Shown here one piece after another: positions 31,281 through 39,541 of a DNA stretch of 64,000 nt. Numbering within the stretch: position 1 is the stretch's first letter; each line of letters starts with the position of its first letter. The position numbers and the translations under genes are program-made. The notes beneath the pieces are model-generated. The model did not search any database. It saw only the letters and a program-made list of their open reading frames with translations, and had not been told where the DNA came from. This stretch comes from an uncultured Rickettsiales bacterium (GTDB taxonomy: Bacteria > Pseudomonadota > Alphaproteobacteria > Rs-D84): assembly GCA_900550495.1 (NCBI GenBank), contig URSJ01000005.1:9056-73055 (forward strand). Reading direction: 5' to 3'.

Positions 31281-32126
31281 ATGGCATTGCCAACATTTAC
31301 TATGAAGCAGTTGATGGAAGCGGGTGTCCATTTTGGTCACCACACACGTCGCTGGAATCCGTTGATGACACCGTATGTTTATGGGGTCAAGGATAAAATC
31401 CACATCATCAATTTGAACAAAACTGCACCGTTGCTGTATCGTTCCCTGGTTGCATTGGAAGCAATCGCGGCCGCAGGCGGCAAGGTTCTGTTTGTTGCGA
31501 CCAAGCACCAGGCCAAAGACATTGTCAAAGACGCCGCTGAACGTTGCGGTCAATACTATGTCAACAACCGTTGGTTGGGTGGTATGCTGACAAACTGGAC
31601 AACAGTTTCACAGTCTATTCGCCGTCTGAAAAAGATGGAAGCAGACATTGCAAACGCCGACAAATTGGGTCTGACCAAAAAAGAAGTCGGTGTTATGACC
31701 AAAGAAGTTGAAAAACTGCGTGAAATCTTTGGTGGTATTTTGGATATGCACGGCACGCCCCAGGCGATGATTGTCATTGACGTTCCACGTGAAATCAATG
31801 CGGTCCGCGAAGCGCGCAACCTGGACATCCCAACAATCGCCATCTGTGATACAAACGCGAATCCAGAATTGGTTGATTACCCGGTTCCGGGCAACGACGA
31901 TGCCGCACGTGCAACCCAGTTGTATTGCGACCTGTTCGTTGACGCAATCTTGTCTGGTATTGAAAAACGTTTGGGCGGCGCGGCCGGTAAAAAGGTCGAA
32001 GCAGACATGTCTGCGGCCGATGATTTCGAAGCGGGTGTCAAAGACAAAGAAGCACGCCAGAAATCCAAAACATCCGAAGCACGCGCAGAACGTCGCGGCA
32101 AATTGGCAGACAAGGCGGATAAATAA
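31281..32126 (+). CDS. rpsB: 30S ribosomal protein S2
   Basis: MALPTFTMKQLMEAGVHFGHHTRRWNP... with an acidic/basic C-terminal tail. Confidence 0.97.
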   Translation: MALPTFTMKQLMEAGVHFGHHTRRWNPLMTPYVYGVKDKIHIINLNKTAPLLYRSLVALEAIAAAGGKVLFVATKHQAKDIVKDAAERCGQYYVNNRWLGGMLTNWTTVSQSIRRLKKMEADIANADKLGLTKKEVGVMTKEVEKLREIFGGILDMHGTPQAMIVIDVPREINAVREARNLDIPTIAICDTNANPELVDYPVPGNDDAARATQLYCDLFVDAILSGIEKRLGGAAGKKVEADMSAADDFEAGVKDKEARQKSKTSEARAERRGKLADKADK

Positions 32127-32157
32127 TTAAATCTTTATAATAAATGGGAGAAAAACA

Positions 32158-33027
32158 ATGGCAGAAGTAACCGCAAAAATGATTCAAGAACTGCGTGAAA
32201 AAACATCCGCAGGTATGATGGATTGCAAGAAAGCATTGGTTGAATCAAATGGCGATATCGAAGCGGCGGCCGACTGGTTGCGCCAAAAGGGTATTGTCAA
32301 GGCGGCATCCAAGGCCGGCCGCGTTGCGGCGTCTGGTTTGGTGACCGTTGTAAAATGCGACAATATGGGTTGCGTTGTTGAATTGAACGCTGAAACAGAC
32401 TTTGTTGCGAAAAACGACAAGTTCCAGAAATTGGTTGCCGATGTTGCAGCCAAGGCATTGGAACTGGGTGGTGATTTCGACGCGACAATGGCGGCGGTCA
32501 AAGATGACATCGCGGCAACTATTTCCACAATTGGTGAAAATATGACATTGCGCCGTATTGCCAAGGTTTCTGGCCAGCATATTTACACATACATCCACAA
32601 CGCATTGGTTCCGGGTATGGGCCAGATTGGTGTTGCGGTTGCAATTGATGGCGATTCCGACAAAATCGACGAAATCGGCAACAAGATTGCAATGCACATC
32701 GCGGCAAACAAACCTGAATTTATGACGATTGCCGATGTTGACCCGGCCGCGGTTGAACGCGAAAAGAAAGTGTTCATTGAATCCGGTGCCACCGCTGGCA
32801 AGCCAGAGGCTGTGGTTGAAAAAATGGTCCAGGGCCGTATCCACAAATACTATGCGGAAACCGTTCTGGAAGAACAGCCGTTCGTTATGGATCCATCCAA
32901 GACCGTCAAAGAAGTTGTTGCCGAACACGGTGGCAAACTGGCTGGATTTGCGTATTATGTTCTGGGCGAAGGTATCCAGAAGCGCGAAGACAACCTGGCG
33001 GACGAGGTTGCAAAGATGTTGGCATAA
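32158..33027 (+). CDS. tsf: Elongation factor Ts
   Basis: AKMIQELREKTSAGMMDCKKAL (UBA-like N-terminus); immediately follows rpsB. Confidence 0.97.
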   Translation: MAEVTAKMIQELREKTSAGMMDCKKALVESNGDIEAAADWLRQKGIVKAASKAGRVAASGLVTVVKCDNMGCVVELNAETDFVAKNDKFQKLVADVAAKALELGGDFDATMAAVKDDIAATISTIGENMTLRRIAKVSGQHIYTYIHNALVPGMGQIGVAVAIDGDSDKIDEIGNKIAMHIAANKPEFMTIADVDPAAVEREKKVFIESGATAGKPEAVVEKMVQGRIHKYYAETVLEEQPFVMDPSKTVKEVVAEHGGKLAGFAYYVLGEGIQKREDNLADEVAKMLA

Positions 33028-33048
33028 TTTACATTGCCGATACGAAAA

Positions 33049-33076
33049 AATACCGCCATACGGCGGTATTTTTTTA
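33049..33076 (+). terminator. Intrinsic terminator of rpsB-tsf
   Basis: AATACCGCC-ATA-CGGCGGTATT followed by TTTTT. Confidence 0.7.
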
Positions 33077-33168
33077 GAGTGCAAAGTTCAGAGTTCAAAG
33101 TTCAAATAATAAACATTTGCGCGGGGGGTAAAACTTTGCTAGCATTGTGGGCATAAGGAAATAATCAG

Positions 33169-34383
33169 ATGAGAAATGAATTGTTACAGGAATTGGACGC
33201 ACGTGGTTTTATCAACCAAGCCTCTAATATGGACGCGTTAAACGATGCGCTGAATGCGGGACGCGTGACCGTGTATTGGGGCACCGACCCAACCGGGGAT
33301 TCGTTGCATGTGGGACACCTGGCGTCGTTGATGTTGATGCGCTGGTTCCAGAAATATGGTCATCGTCCGATTGCGCTGGTTGGTGGTGCAACGGGGCGTA
33401 TTGGCGACCCGTCTGGTCGGGACAAGGGACGCCCAATGCTGACCGACGAACAAATTGAACACAATTGTGCGGGATTGCGTCATTCGATTTCAAAATTTAT
33501 TCACTTTGATGATGGTACCGATGGCGCGGTTATGGTCGATAATAACGATTGGATGAGTGGATACAGTCATATGGATTTCCTGCGTGAATTTGGGACGGAT
33601 TTTACCGTGCCACGTATGCTGGGTATGGAAAGTGTTCGTCGCCGGTTGGAAAATGGTATGACGTTCCTGGAATTTAATTATATGACATTCCAGGCGGTTG
33701 ATTTCTTGACACTGTATAAAAAATATAATTGCACGGTGCAATTGTGTGGTGCCGACCAATGGGGCAACAGCATTATGGGTGTTGAACTGGTGCGTAAAAA
33801 ACTGGGCAAAGAAGTTTTTGTTTTGTCTACCCCATTGATTACCGACGCAAACGGCGAAAAGATTGGCAAATCGGCCGGCAACGCGGTCTGGGTGAACGAA
33901 GACAAAACGTCGCCATACGAATATTACCAGTATTTCCGCAACACGCCCGACGACCTGGTAGAAACGTTTTTAAAGATATTTACGGAAATTCCATTGGATG
34001 AAATTGCACGTCTGGCGGCGGCGCGTGGGGCAGAATTAAACGCGGTTAAACGCGTGCTGGCATTTACTGCGACCGAAATTGCGCACGGTCACGACGCGGC
34101 GGTGGCGGCCCAAGATACGGCCGACGCATTGTTTGGTGGTGGCGCGAAATCTGAAAATATGCCGACTGTCCAGATTAATTTTAGTGCGGCAATGGGTATC
34201 TTGGATTTCCTGTGTGTGACCGGGCTGTTCACATCCAAGTCCGAGGCGCGTCGTAACGTGGAACAGGGCGGAATCCAATTGGATGGTAAAAAAGTTACTG
34301 ACCCGAAATACACGGTTGTGCCGGTTGACGAAATCATTGTGCAGAAAGGCAAAAAAACATTTTTACGTGTCGTAAAAAAATAA
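33169..34383 (+). CDS. tyrS: Tyrosyl-tRNA synthetase
   Basis: HIGH motif as HVGHL, KMSKS motif as KIGKS, C-terminal S4-like domain. Confidence 0.95.
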   Translation: MRNELLQELDARGFINQASNMDALNDALNAGRVTVYWGTDPTGDSLHVGHLASLMLMRWFQKYGHRPIALVGGATGRIGDPSGRDKGRPMLTDEQIEHNCAGLRHSISKFIHFDDGTDGAVMVDNNDWMSGYSHMDFLREFGTDFTVPRMLGMESVRRRLENGMTFLEFNYMTFQAVDFLTLYKKYNCTVQLCGADQWGNSIMGVELVRKKLGKEVFVLSTPLITDANGEKIGKSAGNAVWVNEDKTSPYEYYQYFRNTPDDLVETFLKIFTEIPLDEIARLAAARGAELNAVKRVLAFTATEIAHGHDAAVAAQDTADALFGGGAKSENMPTVQINFSAAMGILDFLCVTGLFTSKSEARRNVEQGGIQLDGKKVTDPKYTVVPVDEIIVQKGKKTFLRVVKK

Positions 34384-35456
34384 TGAAAAAACTGTTGGTT
34401 GGTTTATTGGGGTTGATTTTGGCGACCGAACCTGTTTTGTGCGCCAGCGAGTTGTCACGTATCAACGCCCAAATTGCCAAAACAGAACAAGAAAATAAAA
34501 AACTGAGCCAGCGTGTTCGCACGTCTCAGGCCGAGGTTGAAAAAACCAAAAAGAAACTGGTTGCAGCTGGTAAACAGGTCAGTAATCTGGAAGAACAGCG
34601 TGGCGTTGTCATTCGCAAAATTGCTGATCTGGATGCCCAGCGTGACCAATTGACACGGTCATTGGACGAAAATCGGGCGCGTATTTCTGATGCTGCGGCC
34701 AGCATTTTATTCGTTGCGTCGCACCCAAGTTTTGACACAGATAATATGCGCGAATACGTTTTGACATCGGCGGTGTTATCGGGGGCGTCGGCGCGTTTTG
34801 ATGATGAAATCCGCGATGCCACGGTCAAAATTCGCGAATTAGAAAAAATCCGTGATGCGCGCGCGGTAGAGAAAGAAAAACTGGATCGCACGGCGAAAAA
34901 ATATGCGGCTGAAAAAAATGAACTGGATAAATTGTTACAACGTCGCGCAGCGCAAAATCAAAAGTTAAAGACCGAACAAGCGGCGTTGCAAAAAAAATTG
35001 CGCGAATTGTCGGCACGCGCAAAAAGTATTTCTGAATTGTCTGCCGGTGTGGGCAGTTCGCAGATGTCGGGTGATTCCCGTTTCTCATTTCGTAAATTAA
35101 ACCAGCCTGTGCGCGGTCGTGTTGTGGTGCATTTCGGCGAAAAAACGGCGTTGGGGTTAAAGTCAGATGGTTGGCGCATTCGCACGCGTGGTGCGGCGTT
35201 AGTGATGGCGCCGGCAGACGGCACAGTAAAATTTGCAGACAGTTTTCGTGGGTTTGGTCGTGTGCTGATTGTATCGCACAAAAATGGATACAACACGGTA
35301 ATGACAAATTTAGGTGATATTGATGTGATGGTAGAACAAGACGTTCTGGCAGGGGAGCCGGTGGGACGTATGAACCCGGACAAGCCTGAAATGTATCTGG
35401 AGGTCAGACGCGGCAACGTCGCGGTTGATCCAGCGCGTTTGTTCCGCGAGGATTGA
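34383..35456 (+). CDS. EnvC-like murein hydrolase activator (coiled coil plus degenerate LytM/M23 domain)
   Basis: Signal peptide, long coiled coil, C-terminal M23 fold without clear HxxxD/HxH metal ligands. Start overlaps the tyrS stop (TAATG). Confidence 0.8.
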   Translation: MKKLLVGLLGLILATEPVLCASELSRINAQIAKTEQENKKLSQRVRTSQAEVEKTKKKLVAAGKQVSNLEEQRGVVIRKIADLDAQRDQLTRSLDENRARISDAAASILFVASHPSFDTDNMREYVLTSAVLSGASARFDDEIRDATVKIRELEKIRDARAVEKEKLDRTAKKYAAEKNELDKLLQRRAAQNQKLKTEQAALQKKLRELSARAKSISELSAGVGSSQMSGDSRFSFRKLNQPVRGRVVVHFGEKTALGLKSDGWRIRTRGAALVMAPADGTVKFADSFRGFGRVLIVSHKNGYNTVMTNLGDIDVMVEQDVLAGEPVGRMNPDKPEMYLEVRRGNVAVDPARLFRED

Positions 35457-35462
35457 TTTGTA

Positions 35463-36392
35463 TTATTTCTGCAATGTGCGTTCCAGGCTTTGCAAATATT
35501 GCATCCATTCACGCATAAATGCGACTTTTTCGATGTTGTTGCGACGACCCTTTTCGTTTTGCGGATTCAGACGCAGGTCGTCAGACGCCTTGATAAAGCG
35601 TTTTAGAACAACAGTCATCAAACGGTATTTCATAATGTTTCTCAGATTTTCGTTTTTTGCACTGGGCATTTGCCACAATGTTTTGTCGTGCATTTTCAGG
35701 TATGCGTCATAAACTTGTTTCCAGATTCCTAATTCAATTTGCAGCGACGCAAATATATCGCGATAGATGAAACGATATCCGGCTTCGGCGAAATCAATGA
35801 AGGATAGTTTGCTGGTATTGGCGTCGTATAACACATTGCCTGGATTTAAATCACAGTGCGACCACGCCAGGCGTGTCATGTATTGAAACGAAGCGATTTC
35901 GTCACGGATACGTGACATTTGGCGAATCTCGTTTTTATTAAACCAATATGACATCTTGGTGCTGATAAATGTGTCCAGACGTGAAAATTTCAATTCAGAT
36001 ACAATTTTATGTGTCTGAGCCGGACCAATCGGTTGCGATTCGTTCATATCAACCAGAAAACTGGCCAGACTGTTGATGATTTCATAGCGTTGACGACGTG
36101 ACAAGGTGCGATATATGTCCACTGTTAGTGGCACGCCAGGGGCGCGATCTTCCAAAATTTGGTATTCTTCATTGTTGATGAAACGCATCGCTGGCACGTT
36201 ATACAGTGGGTTACCAATGGCACGAATGCAATCAATGACATTTTTGGTCTTGTGTTGTTTGTCCAGCCACGCGTTTTTTGCATCGTCACCAAACGTCGGC
36301 AATGGACGTTTCAGGACGAATTCATCACCGTAATATACGGTGTATGTTTCACGACCATGAATCAAGGTTTTTATTTTGGGGGTGTTACTCAT
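35463..36392 (-). CDS. Aminoglycoside-phosphotransferase-like (APH/ePK-like) kinase
   Basis: HCDLNPGN (HxDxxxxN catalytic loop), FIDF (DFG-like) and VLKR lysine. Start taken at M31 (ATG 36390-36392), which overlaps the Fic stop as TAATG. Confidence 0.75.
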   Translation of the reverse strand: MSNTPKIKTLIHGRETYTVYYGDEFVLKRPLPTFGDDAKNAWLDKQHKTKNVIDCIRAIGNPLYNVPAMRFINNEEYQILEDRAPGVPLTVDIYRTLSRRQRYEIINSLASFLVDMNESQPIGPAQTHKIVSELKFSRLDTFISTKMSYWFNKNEIRQMSRIRDEIASFQYMTRLAWSHCDLNPGNVLYDANTSKLSFIDFAEAGYRFIYRDIFASLQIELGIWKQVYDAYLKMHDKTLWQMPSAKNENLRNIMKYRLMTVVLKRFIKASDDLRLNPQNEKGRRNNIEKVAFMREWMQYLQSLERTLQK

Positions 36393-37126
36393 TATAAAGT
36401 CCGTGATTTGTTTAACAGCCTGATTATCTCGCGCTGGGTGCGCAACATACATGAATACATATAGTGTGAATATGTTTTGCAATCGTCGTTTGCGCGTGCA
36501 CGCAGGGCATCCATGTATTCGTGTTTGTCTGACGGGTGGTTAAATAATATCGGGCGATATCCGTTCTGGACCAGAAACCAGTTCATCACCATGCGTGATG
36601 TGCGTTTGTTAAAGTCATTAAATGGCTGGGCCGCGATAATGTCATAGTGGGCATTAAATGCGCGTGTCAATACTGGTATGTTTTTATCGCCCAGGTTGTA
36701 TTGAATGTCGTCCATCTTGTATAGCATGTCGTTAAAGCCAGGGGCAGATGTGCGTAAAACATATACATCAACCATGCGATATTGTCCCCCTTGGATATCA
36801 GTGCCGTGCGCCAACAGCGAGTGAATCTTGCGAATTGCCATGTTGTCAATTACGTGTTTGGGACTTTGATGCTTTAAAATATACTCCCATGTTTTGGCCA
36901 GGTTGCTCATTGATGTATAATCCAAGCATGCGTCACGCTCGGCTTTGGGCATGCCATCGGGGCATTGAAATAAAATCTGGGTTTCGACCGTTAATTCGTG
37001 TGTAATCCAATTCAAATTGTTCAAGCGTTTTACTGTATCACGACCAGATAACAATTTAGAAATTGTTTCACGATTTTCTTCGATTTGTAATTTTATCTTG
37101 TTTGTTTTCATTATTTTATCCCCCAT
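36392..37126 (-). CDS. Fic/DOC-fold protein with a degenerate active-site motif
   Basis: Core reads QPFNDFNKRTSRMVMNWFLVQNGYRPI where canonical Fic has HPFxDGNGRxxR...GYP. Confidence 0.7.
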   Translation of the reverse strand: MGDKIMKTNKIKLQIEENRETISKLLSGRDTVKRLNNLNWITHELTVETQILFQCPDGMPKAERDACLDYTSMSNLAKTWEYILKHQSPKHVIDNMAIRKIHSLLAHGTDIQGGQYRMVDVYVLRTSAPGFNDMLYKMDDIQYNLGDKNIPVLTRAFNAHYDIIAAQPFNDFNKRTSRMVMNWFLVQNGYRPILFNHPSDKHEYMDALRARANDDCKTYSHYMYSCMLRTQREIIRLLNKSRTL

Positions 37127-37286
37127 GCATCAATATAAATATAGCCCAAAAAAGCAATTTGTCAAGTGGGTGTCGTTTCTGGCACGTAAAAAATGGCGAG
37201 GCAAGAAAAAATCGTGTTGCGGGCGTGCGGAATTTGTTTTATGCTGGGCTATGTCAGAGAATAGTGGTTTATGGAAAGGGAACATA

Positions 37287-38696
37287 ATGCTGAAAAAGTT
37301 GCTGATTTTTATTGTTTTATTAGTGCCAATTACGTCATTGGCAGCGGGTTCGTCCAAGGCTAAAAAGGAAGAACCGGTTGTCCACTTGACGGATGAACAG
37401 ATTTACGAGCAGTTGAAAAAACTGGCCCTGGTATTTGAGACTGCACGTGACAGTTTTGTTGAAGAAGCGGACGAGAAAAAAATGCTGGAATCTGCGATGA
37501 ACGGCATGTTAGCGGCGTTGGATCCGCATTCATCGTATCTGTCGGCAGATGATTTCAAAGAATTTAATGACAAATCATATGGCGAATTTGGTGGATTGGG
37601 GATTCAGATTACCAGTGACCGTGGTGCGGTGCGCGTCATTTCGCCAATTGACGATACACCGGCTGCCAAAGCAGGAATAAAGGCAGGCGACTATATCACG
37701 CATATTGATGGCGAACAGGTTTTTGATCTGACATTAAATCAGGCGGTGAAAAAGATGAAAGGTCGGCCAGGAACCAAGGTTAAATTGACCGTTGTGTCTG
37801 ATGGTAAAGAACCGCGCAATATCACGCTGAAACGCGCAATCATCAAAGTGAAATCGGTAAAGTTCGAAGAGAAATCAATTGCTGATGCGGACGAAAATTC
37901 TGATGAAAAAATCGGATATATTCGTATTTCTGATTTTGGTGCCACCACGTCCAAGGATCTGAAAAACGCAATTGAAAAACTGGAAAAGAAAAACGTAATT
38001 GGTTATGTCCTGGACGTACGTAATAATCCGGGTGGATATCTGACGGCGGCGATTGATGTATCGGACGCGTTCTTGGACGGGGGCGAAATTGTGTCAACGC
38101 GTGGCAAGGCCAAGACTGATATTGAACGCAGTTTTGCGCGGCCGGGCGATATGACAAATGGTAAGCCGGTGGTCGTGTTGATAAATCATGGTTCGGCCTC
38201 GGCATCTGAAATTGTCGCGGGGGCATTACAGGATAATGGTCGCGCGTTGGTAATGGGCTCCCAGAGTTTCGGCAAAGGTAGTGTGCAACAGCAAAAGCCT
38301 CTGGGCGATGGCACGGCGATACATATTACTATTGCGCGTTATTACACACCCAGTGGACGTTCAATCCAGAACGAGGGGATTACCCCAGACGTAGAGGTGT
38401 TACAGAGCAAGATTGAAACAATTGAACGCAAGGAAAGTCTGTATTCCGAGGCATCGTTTAAAAATGCCTTGAAAAACGAAAATGCCAAGAAAAAGGCCGA
38501 CAAGAAATCTGATGATGATGACGCAGATACTGAATTGACTGACGAAGAAAAAGATGCGCTGGATTATCAATTGCAACGTGCGATGGATATGGTGCGGGCA
38601 ATGTCTAAATTAAAACTACGTGCACCGGTTTGTGACACGGTGGTGGCGGATAGCGACATTGATGATGAGGCCACGGTAACCACAGATAAAAAATAA
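37287..38696 (+). CDS. ctpA: C-terminal processing peptidase (S41) with PDZ domain
   Basis: Signal peptide MLKKLLIFIVLLVPITSLAAG (ATG 37287 after GGAAAGGG). PDZ (GLGIQI...). GSASASEIVAGALQD catalytic Ser and FGKGSVQ Lys. Acidic C-terminal tail. Confidence 0.92.
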   Translation: MLKKLLIFIVLLVPITSLAAGSSKAKKEEPVVHLTDEQIYEQLKKLALVFETARDSFVEEADEKKMLESAMNGMLAALDPHSSYLSADDFKEFNDKSYGEFGGLGIQITSDRGAVRVISPIDDTPAAKAGIKAGDYITHIDGEQVFDLTLNQAVKKMKGRPGTKVKLTVVSDGKEPRNITLKRAIIKVKSVKFEEKSIADADENSDEKIGYIRISDFGATTSKDLKNAIEKLEKKNVIGYVLDVRNNPGGYLTAAIDVSDAFLDGGEIVSTRGKAKTDIERSFARPGDMTNGKPVVVLINHGSASASEIVAGALQDNGRALVMGSQSFGKGSVQQQKPLGDGTAIHITIARYYTPSGRSIQNEGITPDVEVLQSKIETIERKESLYSEASFKNALKNENAKKKADKKSDDDDADTELTDEEKDALDYQLQRAMDMVRAMSKLKLRAPVCDTVVADSDIDDEATVTTDKK

Positions 38697-38698
38697 AA

Positions 38699-38727
38699 AA
38701 ACGTCCATTGGGGCGTTTTTTATCGGT
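38699..38727. terminator. Intrinsic terminator after ctpA
   Basis: AAAAAAACGTCC-ATT-GGGGCGTTTTTT. Confidence 0.55.
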
Positions 38728-39391
38728 GGCGACCGCGCATTTTGCCATTGTTTTGCAGAATCCAGTCGCACAGGCCATGCTTCAAACACTGGGTTGCCGT
38801 TATTGGTTGGCTGTTTTGCATCATGTCTGTGATTTCATCGTTGCTCAATTTTGTATTCTTTTTGTATATTGAACGAATGTATTCTATTTCGCTGTTTGTT
38901 GGGCGTATTGATGATGGGCCAACAAATCCCAAATTGCGCTGACAGGCACTGGTATATGGAACCAGGGTTGCTGATTCATACATAATACGAAATCCCGGTG
39001 TCCCTAATATTGCTAATAGCCCCGCTGCATCACGTGCAGTGCCAATAATATTTGTGCGGATAATTGCACCACGCGCCCGCATCAGTGCCAACAATGCGGC
39101 AAACGATGAGAATGCTGTTAAATCACGACCGTATCCGTTGATGTATAAATCAAAAGCCTGACGATCTGTGATATCGTATGGCGATGTTAGTTTTGTTGGT
39201 GTATAAATTGTTTGCATATGGGGCATATTTTGTATATGCGCTGCAATATGTCGTAATGTTTCCGACTGGGGGCTGATTTGTCCAAATAGGCATGCGCTCA
39301 GTTCGGCACTAATATATCCGACGGTATCGTCTTCGGTGCTTTCGACGGTTGTGTTGATTGTTTCGTATTCGCCAGGTTGTATGTCAGACAT
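38720..39391 (-). CDS. ClpP-like (S14 fold) protein lacking the catalytic Ser and His
   Basis: DLYINGYGRDLTAFSS...IIGTARDAAGLL...FRIMYESA aligns by eye with ClpP YINSPGG...GQAASMGAFL...RVMIHQP. Start at MSDIQ (ATG 39389-39391), because the track extension overlaps the PFOR start. Confidence 0.5.
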   Translation of the reverse strand: MSDIQPGEYETINTTVESTEDDTVGYISAELSACLFGQISPQSETLRHIAAHIQNMPHMQTIYTPTKLTSPYDITDRQAFDLYINGYGRDLTAFSSFAALLALMRARGAIIRTNIIGTARDAAGLLAILGTPGFRIMYESATLVPYTSACQRNLGFVGPSSIRPTNSEIEYIRSIYKKNTKLSNDEITDMMQNSQPITATQCLKHGLCDWILQNNGKMRGRHR

Positions 39392-39541
39392 ATGATTCCC
39401 CGTTACTGAATTTATTCTTCGTTTTTGTATAATACAAATGCCGCGTTTTGTCAAGTCGTTTTGCAAGTATCGTCTTGCCTTGTAATAAAAATCGCGGTAT
39501 GATTCTGGCATCAATGAAAAATTGTAAAAGGAAAAGGCAAA

